From contig JBBRFV010000001.1 of the NCBI GenBank assembly GCA_038241335.1, positions 1 to 32,597 on the forward strand: a stretch of DNA of 32,597 bases. The letters run 5' to 3'. Each line of letters opens with the position of its first letter. The stretch's first letter is position 1. Shown here one piece after another: positions 1-8,169 of this stretch. The notes beneath the pieces are model-generated. The model worked only from the letters and a program-made list of their open reading frames with translations, was not told where the DNA came from and made no database searches. The position numbers and the translations under genes are program-made. The stretch is from Caulobacterales bacterium. GTDB lineage: Bacteria; Pseudomonadota; Alphaproteobacteria; Caulobacterales; Caulobacteraceae.

Positions 1-89
1 CGGCGGTGCTGACCGTGGCCATCGTCGCCCTCATCTGCATCCTGCCCCAGCGCGCCGGCCGCCATCCCGGCGAGGCCGCGTCGGACTGA
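1..89 (+). CDS. 3' end of a membrane protein (partial, runs off window start)
   Basis: Open frame from nt 3: AVLTVAIVALICILPQRAGRHPGEAASD*, a hydrophobic TM-like segment with GC3-rich codons; TGA at 87-89. Confidence 0.6.
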   Translation, partial: AVLTVAIVALICILPQRAGRHPGEAASD

Positions 90-143
90 ACCCCGCCTCT
101 CAACCCGAAGGCGGTCAAGGCCGCTCTGTCCCAGGTTTCCCGC

Positions 144-767
144 ATGATCTCCGCCGACCCTGACCACCTGCGCAGGGTGCAACTGATCCGCAAGGCGGTG
201 CTGTTCGCCTGCATCATCACGGTGATCGCTCTCGCGGCGGTCAGCCACACTCCCGGCAGCGAACCCGGCCTGCACGAGACGATGGAGGCGATCGGGTTGG
301 CGATGATCGGCGTCTGCGTGGTCGGCCGGGCCTGGTGCTCGCTCTACATCGGCGGGCGCAAGAAGGCCGAGATCGTCGATCGCGGGCCGTATTCGATCAG
401 CCGCAATCCGCTCTATGTCTTCAGCTTCCTCGGCGCCTTCGGCATGGGCGCTCAGACCGGGTCGATCACCCTGGCCCTTGTGTTCGTCCTCATCGCCTGG
501 GGCGTCTTCCGGGCGACGGTGAAACGGGAAGAAGTCTGGCTGTCGTCCATGTTCGGCGGGCCCTATGACGACTATGTCGCCCGCACGCCGCGCTTCTGGC
601 CCGACTTCCGTCAATGGCGGGATGAGGAGACGCTGGAAGTCCGGCCGCGCTTCTTCCTCACCACCCTGCGGGACAGCCTGGCCTTCTTCCTCGCCGTGCC
701 TCTGTTCGAGGCGCTCGAGCACGCCCAGGACGTCGGCTGGATCCGCATCCTGATCCACCTGCCCTGA
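144..767 (+). CDS. Isoprenylcysteine carboxyl methyltransferase / phospholipid methyltransferase (ICMT/PEMT/Ste14) family membrane protein
   Basis: Several TM segments; family motifs GPYSISRNPLY and REEVWL...FG..YDDYVARTPRF. Confidence 0.85.
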   Translation: MISADPDHLRRVQLIRKAVLFACIITVIALAAVSHTPGSEPGLHETMEAIGLAMIGVCVVGRAWCSLYIGGRKKAEIVDRGPYSISRNPLYVFSFLGAFGMGAQTGSITLALVFVLIAWGVFRATVKREEVWLSSMFGGPYDDYVARTPRFWPDFRQWRDEETLEVRPRFFLTTLRDSLAFFLAVPLFEALEHAQDVGWIRILIHLP

Positions 768-827
768 CATAGGAACGGAGCCCGACCCGGTCAGGTCGCG
801 CCCCGCGTGTTCAACGCTCCGCCGACG

Positions 828-1037
828 TCAGGTTATCCGCTTGACCGAGACCGGGTCGCTGGCGGGGAAGGTCTCTTCGATCCCCTCATCCACCAAGGCT
901 TCCTGCCGGTCCTCGGCGCCGCGTTCCTCCTCGCAGAGCTGATCGGGCTTGCCGGTCTTTCGTTCGGCCTTTCGAGCATGGGCGGTGTCTTCAGGCGAAG
1001 CCTGCTGATGGTCGCTCTGGCCGGTATGGGTGGTCAT
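828..1037 (-). CDS. Small hydrophilic protein (69 aa) with DEGIEETFPASDP motif, function unknown
   Basis: ATG at 1037 preceded by a GAGGA Shine-Dalgarno, 11 nt after the stop of the upstream acidic gene. The C-terminal (S/T)FPASDP motif is typical of small uncharacterised bacterial proteins. Confidence 0.8.
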   Translation of the reverse strand: MTTHTGQSDHQQASPEDTAHARKAERKTGKPDQLCEEERGAEDRQEALVDEGIEETFPASDPVSVKRIT

Positions 1038-1048
1038 CTCGGGTGTCC

Positions 1049-1498
1049 TCAGTTGGAGGGGTGATCTTCGTCGCCGTCCGGGCCGTAGCCGAGGTCGGCG
1101 ATGTCGTCGTCGGAGAGGGTTTTCGCCTCCCAATGGGCGGCGCTCGCCTGGGCCCCGCGGGCGTTACGCATCAGTCCGGTGTAGACCAGTTCGACCTCGT
1201 CCGGTCCGCGCCCGCCGGCGCTTTCGCCGTCAATCTCGGTTACGCGCTGGCCTTCGACCCCGAGCAAGGCGTCCGCCTCGGCCTCGATGCCGTTGGCGCC
1301 CTGCTCCTCATCGAGATCAGGCAGTTCGTTCTCGTTGAAATCTTCCTCGTCGGCGTCGCCATCGGCCTGGGTGACGTCAAGCACGAGATCGGCCTCGTCC
1401 AGCAGAACATCGCCGTCGCCTTCGTCGTCGATATGGGTTTCGTCGAAGGTCTCGGACTGTTCCTGATCGTCGGAATAGTCGTTCTCGCCGGTCGGCAT
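1049..1498 (-). CDS. Very acidic hypothetical protein (149 aa)
   Basis: ATG with GGGAGAG SD; about one third of residues are Asp/Glu; C-terminal segment HWEAKTLSDDDIADLGY. Confidence 0.8.
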   Translation of the reverse strand: MPTGENDYSDDQEQSETFDETHIDDEGDGDVLLDEADLVLDVTQADGDADEEDFNENELPDLDEEQGANGIEAEADALLGVEGQRVTEIDGESAGGRGPDEVELVYTGLMRNARGAQASAAHWEAKTLSDDDIADLGYGPDGDEDHPSN

Positions 1499-1522
1499 GT
1501 CGCTCTCCCTGTTCGGAAGATC

Positions 1523-1548
1523 AACGCCCCCCGGTCAAGCCGCGTTCC
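1523..1548 (-). promoter_or_regulatory. EcfG/SigT (general stress sigma) promoter GGAAC-N17-CGTT
   Basis: Minus strand reads GGAAC gcggcttgaccgggggg CGTT, ending 25 nt before the ATG at 1498; matches the alphaproteobacterial EcfG consensus GGAAC-N16/17-CGTT. Confidence 0.75.
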
Positions 1549-3319
1549 CCGCCTTCACAGCCTCATCAAGATCGGCGCGGACGCGATCGATGGCGCCGGC
1601 CCACGCGTCGAAGCCCTCGCGCCGGTAGAAGCGCAGATGGGGATAGAAGGGATATTTGTCGGTCGCCAGATAGTGCCAGTCGTCCGGCGCGGTGATCATC
1701 CACGCCGTGGCGCCGACCGCCGCCGCCAGATTGGTCCCCGCAATGCCGGGACCCACGACAACGTCGAGCGCCGCCGACAGGGCCGCCACGTCCTCAAGAT
1801 CGTCCTTGAGGTTGATCGGTGGGGTCCAGATGGTCACCCCGGCCGCCTCGGCCGCCTCCAGATCGTCGGCGACGTCGCCGCACTGCAGGTTGACCATGAC
1901 GGCCCCGGGGGTAGTCAACACCGGCCTCCAGCGATCGAAGCTGGAGAAATAGCGCGACCGCGCGCCCGTCAGCACCAGGCTCTTCCAGTGCAGGCCGACC
2001 TTCAGGCCTGGGCCCAGCTTCTCCAGTTCGGACTTCCAGTGGGCGACCTTATCGGGATCGGCGACCAGATAGCCGCGACGGTCGGGGAAGGCGTCGAGCG
2101 ACGCCCGGAAAACGGCCAGCAGCGACGCCATCGGAACCCAGCAGTCGGGTTTTTCCGCCAGCGCTTCGACGAAGGGCACGTAACGGGTGATGCGGCCCTC
2201 CAGCTTGACCGCGCGGTGGCCGCCGACGATCGCTGTCGGGAAGGCGCGCTGGAACAGGCCGACGAGGCGTTGTTCGACGGCGACGACGACGGTTCCGTCC
2301 GGCCCGACGGCCTCGATCGCGTCGCCGATGGTCGAGCCGAACACCATTTCGTCGGCGATGCCCTGTTCGCCGACGATCAGCAGCCGCTTTCCGAGCAGCG
2401 AGGTCGTCGGATCCCAGCGGGGCGCCTCGACCGCCACCCGCATGGAGTCCGGCATCTGCGGGTCAAGCCGGATCTCATAGGCCTCGAAGCCCTCGGGGAT
2501 TCGGCCCAGCGTCATCAGCAGCATGGCCCGGGCCATGTTCATCATGGCGCGCTCGTAGGGGTTCTCCGCGCCGGGCAGAGCGGCGTCGAGGTCTTCCAGC
2601 GCGCCCAAGGCATCGCCCAGCGGCTGGCGGGTGTTGGCGCGATTGTAGCGGGCCTTGGCGAAACCGGGGTCGTGGCGCAGCGCCTCCTCGAAGAAGGTCA
2701 GGGCCGTGACCATGTCGCCCTGATCGCTCAGCACCGTGCCGAGGGTGTTCCACAGCACCGGTGATTCGGGTTCGACCCCCAACAGGGCGCGCAGGGTCTC
2801 GACCGCGTCGCCATAGCGTTTCTGGTCGCGCTGGACGCAGGCCAGATTGTTGGTCGCCTCCACATGGCCGGGCTCGACCGCCAGATATTTCAGGAGCAGC
2901 TTCTCGGCGATCTCGAGATAGCCCAGTTGCTGGGCCAGCCGACCCAGATCATGGGCGACGTCCGTCTCGTTCGGAAGCAACTTCAGCGCCGCCTCATAGG
3001 CCTGCAGGGCCTGACCGAAGTCTCCCGACTTCTCGCGGCAGATCGCCAGGATGTGCCAGGCCAGGCCGCTGGTCTCGTCGATCTTGAGCGCATCGACGGC
3101 GCGGCGCCCCCCGAGGTCGAAATCGGCAGCGCGGATGGCCATCAAGGCGGCCTTCAGCTTCTCCAGCACCTTGCGCTGGCTCTTCACATTCAGTTTCGGG
3201 CTGGCCAACTGGTGCGACAGCTTGCGGACGGCCTCAGGTGACGCCGCATCGCCGGCGACTCCCTGGGCGACCGGCGCCTGGGCGTGAATCTGTTCCGGAG
3301 CGAGTTCGACCGACGACAT
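1535..3319 (-). CDS. flmG: Flagellin glycosyltransferase FlmG (FlbA): N-terminal TPR repeats plus GT-B-type domain
   Basis: TPR helices over roughly aa 80-280; C-terminal EQGIADEMVF, VGLHWKS and VNLQCG motifs; 594 aa; divergent from flbT-flaF-flagellin as in Caulobacter. Confidence 0.85.
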   Translation of the reverse strand: MSSVELAPEQIHAQAPVAQGVAGDAASPEAVRKLSHQLASPKLNVKSQRKVLEKLKAALMAIRAADFDLGGRRAVDALKIDETSGLAWHILAICREKSGDFGQALQAYEAALKLLPNETDVAHDLGRLAQQLGYLEIAEKLLLKYLAVEPGHVEATNNLACVQRDQKRYGDAVETLRALLGVEPESPVLWNTLGTVLSDQGDMVTALTFFEEALRHDPGFAKARYNRANTRQPLGDALGALEDLDAALPGAENPYERAMMNMARAMLLMTLGRIPEGFEAYEIRLDPQMPDSMRVAVEAPRWDPTTSLLGKRLLIVGEQGIADEMVFGSTIGDAIEAVGPDGTVVVAVEQRLVGLFQRAFPTAIVGGHRAVKLEGRITRYVPFVEALAEKPDCWVPMASLLAVFRASLDAFPDRRGYLVADPDKVAHWKSELEKLGPGLKVGLHWKSLVLTGARSRYFSSFDRWRPVLTTPGAVMVNLQCGDVADDLEAAEAAGVTIWTPPINLKDDLEDVAALSAALDVVVGPGIAGTNLAAAVGATAWMITAPDDWHYLATDKYPFYPHLRFYRREGFDAWAGAIDRVRADLDEAVKAGNAA

Positions 3320-3370
3320 TCAGGCTTCTCGAAAGGTGACGAGGCCAGACTGACTTCGAGACCACAAGAC

Positions 3371-3378
3371 ATGGTTAA
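3371..3378 (-). promoter_or_regulatory. Candidate CtrA half-site TTAACCAT between flmG and flbT
   Basis: ATGGTTAA on + is TTAACCAT on -; an AT-rich island in the divergent promoter region of flagellar genes. No full TTAA-N7-TTAA is present. Confidence 0.45.
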
Positions 3379-3451
3379 CCACGTCTGTTTAGCCTGCGTT
3401 CGTTGTCGGCTTCCTAACGTGGTCGCCGGGCTATCAGGGGACGCCGCCCAA

Positions 3452-3874
3452 ATGCCGTTGAAACTGTCGCTCAAGCCGGGCGAGAAATTCGTGCTCAACG
3501 GCGCCGTCGTTCAGAACGGCGACCGCCGCGGCGTGCTGATCCTTCAGAACAAGGCCAGCGTCCTTCGCGAGAAGGACATCCTCCAGCCGGAGGACGTCAC
3601 CACGCCCGCGAAGCGGGTCTATTTCCCGGTCATGATGATGTACCTGGACGAGGCCGCTGCGCCCAAGATCTATGACGAATTCGCGGTGCGTCTGACGGAG
3701 TTCATGGGCGCGACGCGCAACCCCGAGGTGCTGTCCAACTGCGTGGCGACCTCGCGGCACGTGATGACCCGCGAATACTACAAGGCCCTGATGGCCGCCC
3801 GCAAACTAGTGGATTACGAGGAAGAGTTGGCGAATGTCGCTTCAGGCGTACAAGACCGCAGCCACGCGGACTGA
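3452..3874 (+). CDS. flbT: Flagellar biosynthesis repressor FlbT
   Basis: [44 protein letters not shown] and [11 protein letters not shown] signatures; start corrected to the ATG at 3452. Confidence 0.95.
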   Translation: MPLKLSLKPGEKFVLNGAVVQNGDRRGVLILQNKASVLREKDILQPEDVTTPAKRVYFPVMMMYLDEAAAPKIYDEFAVRLTEFMGATRNPEVLSNCVATSRHVMTREYYKALMAARKLVDYEEELANVASGVQDRSHAD

Positions 3875-4202
3875 AAACCCCCGCGAGATGGAGTACCGGC
3901 TGTTCGGGCAGGTGACCCGGGCGCTGATGCACGCCTCGACGGCGGACGCCGCCGATGTGGCCACCCGGATCGACGCTCTCGACTGGAATCGCCGCCTGTG
4001 GTCGGTGCTGGCGACGGACTGCGCCAATCCGGACAACGGCATGGACAAGGGTCTGCGCGCGCAGATCATCTCCATCAGCCTGTTCGTCAGCCGCCACTCG
4101 TCGGTGGTGATGCGCGGCGAGGACGATTTCGAAGCCCTGATCGACATCAACCGGATGGTCATGCAGGGCCTCGCCGGCCCGGGTCACGCCGAAGCCGCCT
4201 GA
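3834..4202 (+). CDS. flaF: Flagellar biosynthesis regulator FlaF
   Basis: MSLQAY...[31 protein letters not shown] and [12 protein letters not shown] motifs. Confidence 0.95.
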   Translation: MSLQAYKTAATRTENPREMEYRLFGQVTRALMHASTADAADVATRIDALDWNRRLWSVLATDCANPDNGMDKGLRAQIISISLFVSRHSSVVMRGEDDFEALIDINRMVMQGLAGPGHAEAA

Positions 4203-4227
4203 CGGTAGGCAAAGCCCGACCCGGTTG

Positions 4228-4246
4228 CCCGGCCAGACCTGCCGGG
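4228..4246. promoter_or_regulatory. ftr-like FlbD enhancer dyad CCCGGC-N7-GCCGGG
   Basis: Perfect 6-bp inverted arms about 60 bp upstream of the sigma54 site; a degenerate second copy at about 4205-4223. Confidence 0.6.
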
Positions 4247-4304
4247 CGCGCCGTTTCCCAGATCAACACCACTGATTTCAAAGGGGTTTTCGCCGTGGAT
4301 GGCG

Positions 4305-4320
4305 AGGCCCCTTTCTTGCG
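4305..4320 (+). promoter_or_regulatory. Sigma54 (-24/-12) promoter of the flagellin gene
   Basis: aGGcccctttcttGCg: GG at 4306-4307 and GC at 4318-4319 with exact 10-nt spacing and a TTGC core. Confidence 0.75.
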
Positions 4321-4395
4321 TTGCCGTGCGCGAACCAGAACTGGTTCGGCGGTCAGAAGATCGCTCATCACCCGACCAGAATGGAAGGACAACCG

Positions 4396-5223
4396 ATGGC
4401 TATGTCGGTCAACACAAACCTGGGTGCGCAAATCGCGCTCCAGAACCTGAACGCCACCAACGCCGCCCTGAGCCTCACGCAGAACCGGATTAGCACCGGC
4501 AAGTCTGTGTCGAGCGCAAAGGACAACGGCGCCATCTGGGCTATCGCCCAGGGGCAACGGGCCGACATCGGCGCGTTGGGAGCAGTTAGCCAGTCGCTCA
4601 ACCGTGGCATCGCCGCGGTGGATGTGGCCCTGGCGGCGGGCGAGACGGTCTCCGACCTCTTGCTCCAGTTGAAGGAGAAGGCTCTCTCGGCGACCGATGG
4701 TTCGCTGAAAACTGCGGCCCGCGCCGCCCTGAACGAAGACTTCAAGGCTCTCCGCGACCAGATCACCACGGTCACCTCCAACGCCGAATTCAATGGGGTC
4801 AACCTGCTGAAGACCGGCGCGACGGGTTTCCAAGCTCTGGCCAACGTGACCGGGACAAACTCCCTGACTGTGGGCGCCGAGGTGCTCTCGCTGGGAGGAG
4901 CCAACGTCACCGTCGCGGCCACGCAGCAGATCGATACGCTGACCAAGGCGACGGCGGCTCTCACGGCCGTCAGCGCCTCCATCGACAAGGTTTCGGGCGC
5001 GCTCGCGCGTCTGGGCACCAAGTCGAAGGCGCTCTCGACCCACCTGACGTTCGTCGGCAAGCTGTCGGACGCGCTGGAGGCGGGAGTGGGCAATCTGGTC
5101 GACGCCGATCTGGCCAAGGAAAGCGCCAAGCTTCAGGCTCTGCAGACGAAGCAGCAGTTGGGAGTTCAGGCGCTGTCCATCGCCAATCAGACGCCGCAAC
5201 TGGTGCTGTCGCTGTTCAAGTAG
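4396..5223 (+). CDS. Flagellin (Caulobacter Flj-type, 275 aa; FljK/J/L orthology not resolvable by eye)
   Basis: SVNTNLGAQIALQNL, TGKSVSSAKDN and GNLVDADLAKESAKLQALQTKQQLG...SIANQ signatures; GAAGGA SD before ATG 4396. Confidence 0.95.
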   Translation: MAMSVNTNLGAQIALQNLNATNAALSLTQNRISTGKSVSSAKDNGAIWAIAQGQRADIGALGAVSQSLNRGIAAVDVALAAGETVSDLLLQLKEKALSATDGSLKTAARAALNEDFKALRDQITTVTSNAEFNGVNLLKTGATGFQALANVTGTNSLTVGAEVLSLGGANVTVAATQQIDTLTKATAALTAVSASIDKVSGALARLGTKSKALSTHLTFVGKLSDALEAGVGNLVDADLAKESAKLQALQTKQQLGVQALSIANQTPQLVLSLFK

Positions 5224-5239
5224 GCGCACGGGTTCTGAA

Positions 5240-5271
5240 AAACGCCGGAGAGGGAAACCTTTCCGGCGTTT
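5240..5271. terminator. Intrinsic, probably bidirectional, terminator
   Basis: AAACGCCGGAGAGG-GAAA-CCTTTCCGGCGTTT hairpin between the convergent flagellin and exoD genes. Confidence 0.8.
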
Positions 5272-5283
5272 GCCTGTGCGGTC

Positions 5284-5916
5284 TCAGACGGCGTGCTGCA
5301 GCCAGTGGGCGATGCCGCCGTAGATCAGGACGATGGTCTGCCATGCCGCGACATAGGCGGCGACACTGCCGATGGCGACCATCCAGCCGAGGATCAGGAT
5401 CACGCCGTCGCGCGACATCAGACCCAGTCCGAACAGGATCATGGCGATGCATGGCAGAGCGTCGACCAAGGGCACCGACATCCCCATCATGATCGCCATG
5501 ACGACGGTGGTCAGGCCGATCAGCACATCGGAGACGCGACCCGTCATGAACAGCAGCCGGGGCTTCGACAGGCGTTCGAAACGGGCGATGTGATGCAGCA
5601 CCCTGGAGCTGCTGCGCCGGTACAGGTCGCGCGACACCCCGCGCTTGCCGGCCCAGCCGGGCAGCCAGACATCGTGGCGCAGCATGGTCAACTGGACGGC
5701 CATCAGGATGATGGCGATGCCGAACAGCGCCTTGACGCCGGTTGGCCACGGCAGAAGGGCGATCAGGGACAGCACCAGGATCAGGGCCCCGAAGCCCCGC
5801 TCGCCGAAGCTGTCGACCACCTCGTGCAGGGTCAGGCGCGGGTCGTCGCCTTCGCCCAGTCCTCCCAGAACCTCGGAAAAGGTTCGGGCGGCTTTATGAG
5901 GCTCTGGTCTGGGCAT
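5284..5916 (-). CDS. ExoD-family membrane protein (paralogue 2)
   Basis: FGERGFGALIL, WLPGWAGKR, ERLSKPRL and GLGLMSRDG motifs. Confidence 0.85.
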   Translation of the reverse strand: MPRPEPHKAARTFSEVLGGLGEGDDPRLTLHEVVDSFGERGFGALILVLSLIALLPWPTGVKALFGIAIILMAVQLTMLRHDVWLPGWAGKRGVSRDLYRRSSSRVLHHIARFERLSKPRLLFMTGRVSDVLIGLTTVVMAIMMGMSVPLVDALPCIAMILFGLGLMSRDGVILILGWMVAIGSVAAYVAAWQTIVLIYGGIAHWLQHAV

Positions 5917-6016
5917 CGGCGCTCCGGCGCGGGAAAGGTCTGGCTACGCTTTAGGCGGACCTTGGCGGTCGCGCCAATTACAGATGTGACAGGCGCCGTC
6001 CACCGGGAACGGCGGG

Positions 6017-6649
6017 TCAGACCAGGTGCTGAACCCAGCCCCACGCGGTCTCCAACCCCGCCGCGACCAGCCGCCAGGCCAGAAACAGCAGGGCGCCGCA
6101 GATCGCTGCTCCGACCCAGGCCAGAACCACCACCAGCCCGTCGCGCTGCGTCAGGCCGAATCCGAACACGGCGATGGTCAGGGCCGGGGCCACATTGCCC
6201 AGCGGGATCGGCAGTACGAGGATGAAGGCGAGGATCGAACAGACCAGACCGATCAGAACTTCCGAGACCGGGCTGGTCAGCACCGGCCAACGCGGCTTCG
6301 ACAGACGCTCGACCCAGCGCAGGGGCTTGATCACCCCGGCGCTGGCCTTGCGATAGCCGGCGCGGTCGATCGCGCTCTTCAGCGCCCATTTCGGCAGCCA
6401 TAACTGGTCGAACCGGAACAGCAGCTGCAGCGACAGCAGCAACAGGGGGGCGCCCAGCACGGTGGTCGAACCCGGCGGCAGGGGCAGGGCGTTCAACAGG
6501 CCCAGGAACAGCATCAGCGCCCCGAAGCCGCGCTCGCCAAAAGCGTTGACCAGTTCGCCGAGATACAGCTTCGGTTGGTCGCCGGCGCCGAGGTCGGCGA
6601 TCACCCGCGAGAAGGGCCGACCGTCCGCCTGATAGTCATAGTCGGGCAT
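6017..6649 (-). CDS. ExoD-family membrane protein (paralogue 1)
   Basis: FGERGFGALML, LPLPPGSTTVLGAPL, WLPKW, LPIPLGNVAPA and GLTQRDG motifs. Confidence 0.9.
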   Translation of the reverse strand: MPDYDYQADGRPFSRVIADLGAGDQPKLYLGELVNAFGERGFGALMLFLGLLNALPLPPGSTTVLGAPLLLLSLQLLFRFDQLWLPKWALKSAIDRAGYRKASAGVIKPLRWVERLSKPRWPVLTSPVSEVLIGLVCSILAFILVLPIPLGNVAPALTIAVFGFGLTQRDGLVVVLAWVGAAICGALLFLAWRLVAAGLETAWGWVQHLV

Positions 6650-6734
6650 AAGCGATATTCCGGCGGTGAAGCTTGACCGATCCCGGCCTCAGACTAACCT
6701 CCATTGCGTCGAGGTGCGGCGGCACGATGGCGGA

Positions 6735-6917
6735 TCAGTGCTTCACGTGCTCGGGCTTGCCCTTGCGTTTGGTGTGGGCGAATTCCGCGAGCTGTTTCTC
6801 GGTCATCGACAGCATCGATTTCGACGCGCCGTCCCGTTCGGACCTGGGCGTCTCTCCGCGCTTGGCCGCCAGGGCGGCTCCGGCGGCTTTCTGTTGGGCG
6901 GTGGATTTGGCGGGCAT
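6735..6917 (-). CDS. DUF3008 family protein (60 aa)
   Basis: MPAKSTAQQKAAGAALAAKRG...GASKSM..MTEKQLAEFA signature; AGGGAG SD. Confidence 0.85.
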   Translation of the reverse strand: MPAKSTAQQKAAGAALAAKRGETPRSERDGASKSMLSMTEKQLAEFAHTKRKGKPEHVKH

Positions 6918-6969
6918 GGGGCGGCTCCCTTTGTGACGGAGCAATCCCGGAAGCGCCCACCCCGGTTCC

Positions 6970-8133
6970 TCAGCTCCCCAGCAACTCCCGGCCGATCAGG
7001 AAGCGCCGGATTTCATTCGTCCCCGCGCCGATGTCGTACAGCTTGGCGTCGCGCACCAGCCGTTCGACCGGCCACTCCTTGGTGTAGCCGGCGCCGCCGA
7101 GGGCCTGGACGGCTTCGAGGCTGACCTTCACGGCGTTCTCGCTGGCCAGCAGGATGGCGCCCGCCGCGTCGTAGCGGGTGGTCTTGCCGGCGTCGCAGGC
7201 GCGGGCAACGGCGTAGACGTAGGTCCGGGCCGAGTTCAGAGCCACATACATGTCGGCGACCTTGGCCTGCATCAGCTGGAAGCTGCCGATGGCCTTGCCG
7301 AACTGTTTGCGCTCGCGGACGTAGGGCAGGACCACGTCCAGCGCCGCCTGCATGATGCCCAGCGGGCCCGCCGCCAGCACCGCGCGCTCATCGTCCAGCC
7401 CGCTCATGAGTACGCCGGCTCCGCCGCCGACCGGACCCATGACGTTCTCTTCCGGGACCTCGCAGTCCTCGAACACCAATTCGGCGGTGTCCGAGCCGCG
7501 CATGCCCATCTTGTCCAGCTTCTTTGAGACGCTGAACCCCTTCATGCCCTTCTCGATCAGGAAGGCGGTAACGCCGCCGTTGCCCTCGCCGGTGCGGGCG
7601 TAGACCACCAGGGTCTCGGCGTGGGGGGCGTTGGTGATCCAGAATTTCGTGCCGTTGAGGACGTAGCGGTCGCCGTCCTTTCGAGCCTGGGTGCGCATCG
7701 ACATGACGTCTGAACCCGAGCCGACCTCGGACATGGCGAGGGAGCCGACGTGTTCGCCCGAGATCAGCTTGGGGAGGTATTTGCGCTTCTGTTCTTCCGT
7801 ACCCCAGCGACGGATCTGGTTGACGCACAGGTTGGAGTGGGCCCCGTAAGCGAGGCCGATCGAGGCCGAGGCGCGAGACACCTCTTCCATCGCCACGACG
7901 TGTTCGAGATAGCCGAGACCGAGGCCGCCGTATTCTTCCTCGACGGTGATGCCGTGCAGGCCGAGGTCGCCCATTTCGGGCCACAGCTCGCGGCGGAACT
8001 CGTTCTTCTCGTCGATCTCGGCGGCCAGCGGGGCCAGACGGTCGGTCGCCCAGCGGGCGGTGGTTTCACGGATCATGTCGGCGTTTTCGCCGAGGCTGAA
8101 ATCCATCGATTGGGGGGCGTTGGGAATGCTCAT
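6970..8133 (-). CDS. ivd: Isovaleryl-CoA dehydrogenase
   Basis: [43 protein letters not shown] and [17 protein letters not shown] motifs. Confidence 0.93.
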   Translation of the reverse strand: MSIPNAPQSMDFSLGENADMIRETTARWATDRLAPLAAEIDEKNEFRRELWPEMGDLGLHGITVEEEYGGLGLGYLEHVVAMEEVSRASASIGLAYGAHSNLCVNQIRRWGTEEQKRKYLPKLISGEHVGSLAMSEVGSGSDVMSMRTQARKDGDRYVLNGTKFWITNAPHAETLVVYARTGEGNGGVTAFLIEKGMKGFSVSKKLDKMGMRGSDTAELVFEDCEVPEENVMGPVGGGAGVLMSGLDDERAVLAAGPLGIMQAALDVVLPYVRERKQFGKAIGSFQLMQAKVADMYVALNSARTYVYAVARACDAGKTTRYDAAGAILLASENAVKVSLEAVQALGGAGYTKEWPVERLVRDAKLYDIGAGTNEIRRFLIGRELLGS

Positions 8134-8169
8134 GACCGGGGGGTAGCACCGCCCGCCGTCGCCGGAAAG

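Noticed and set aside
772-800. GGAAC after the ICMT gene as an EcfG promoter
   Set aside because: No CGTT at 16-17 nt and no plus-strand gene downstream.
1043-2764. 573-aa plus-strand ORF
   Set aside because: Antisense shadow of flmG and the acidic gene, typical of high-GC DNA; no recognisable motifs.
5976-5991. Pho-box-like CTGTCAC-AT-CTGTAAT upstream of the second exoD
   Set aside because: Half-sites repeat at 9 nt rather than the 11 nt required for PhoB.
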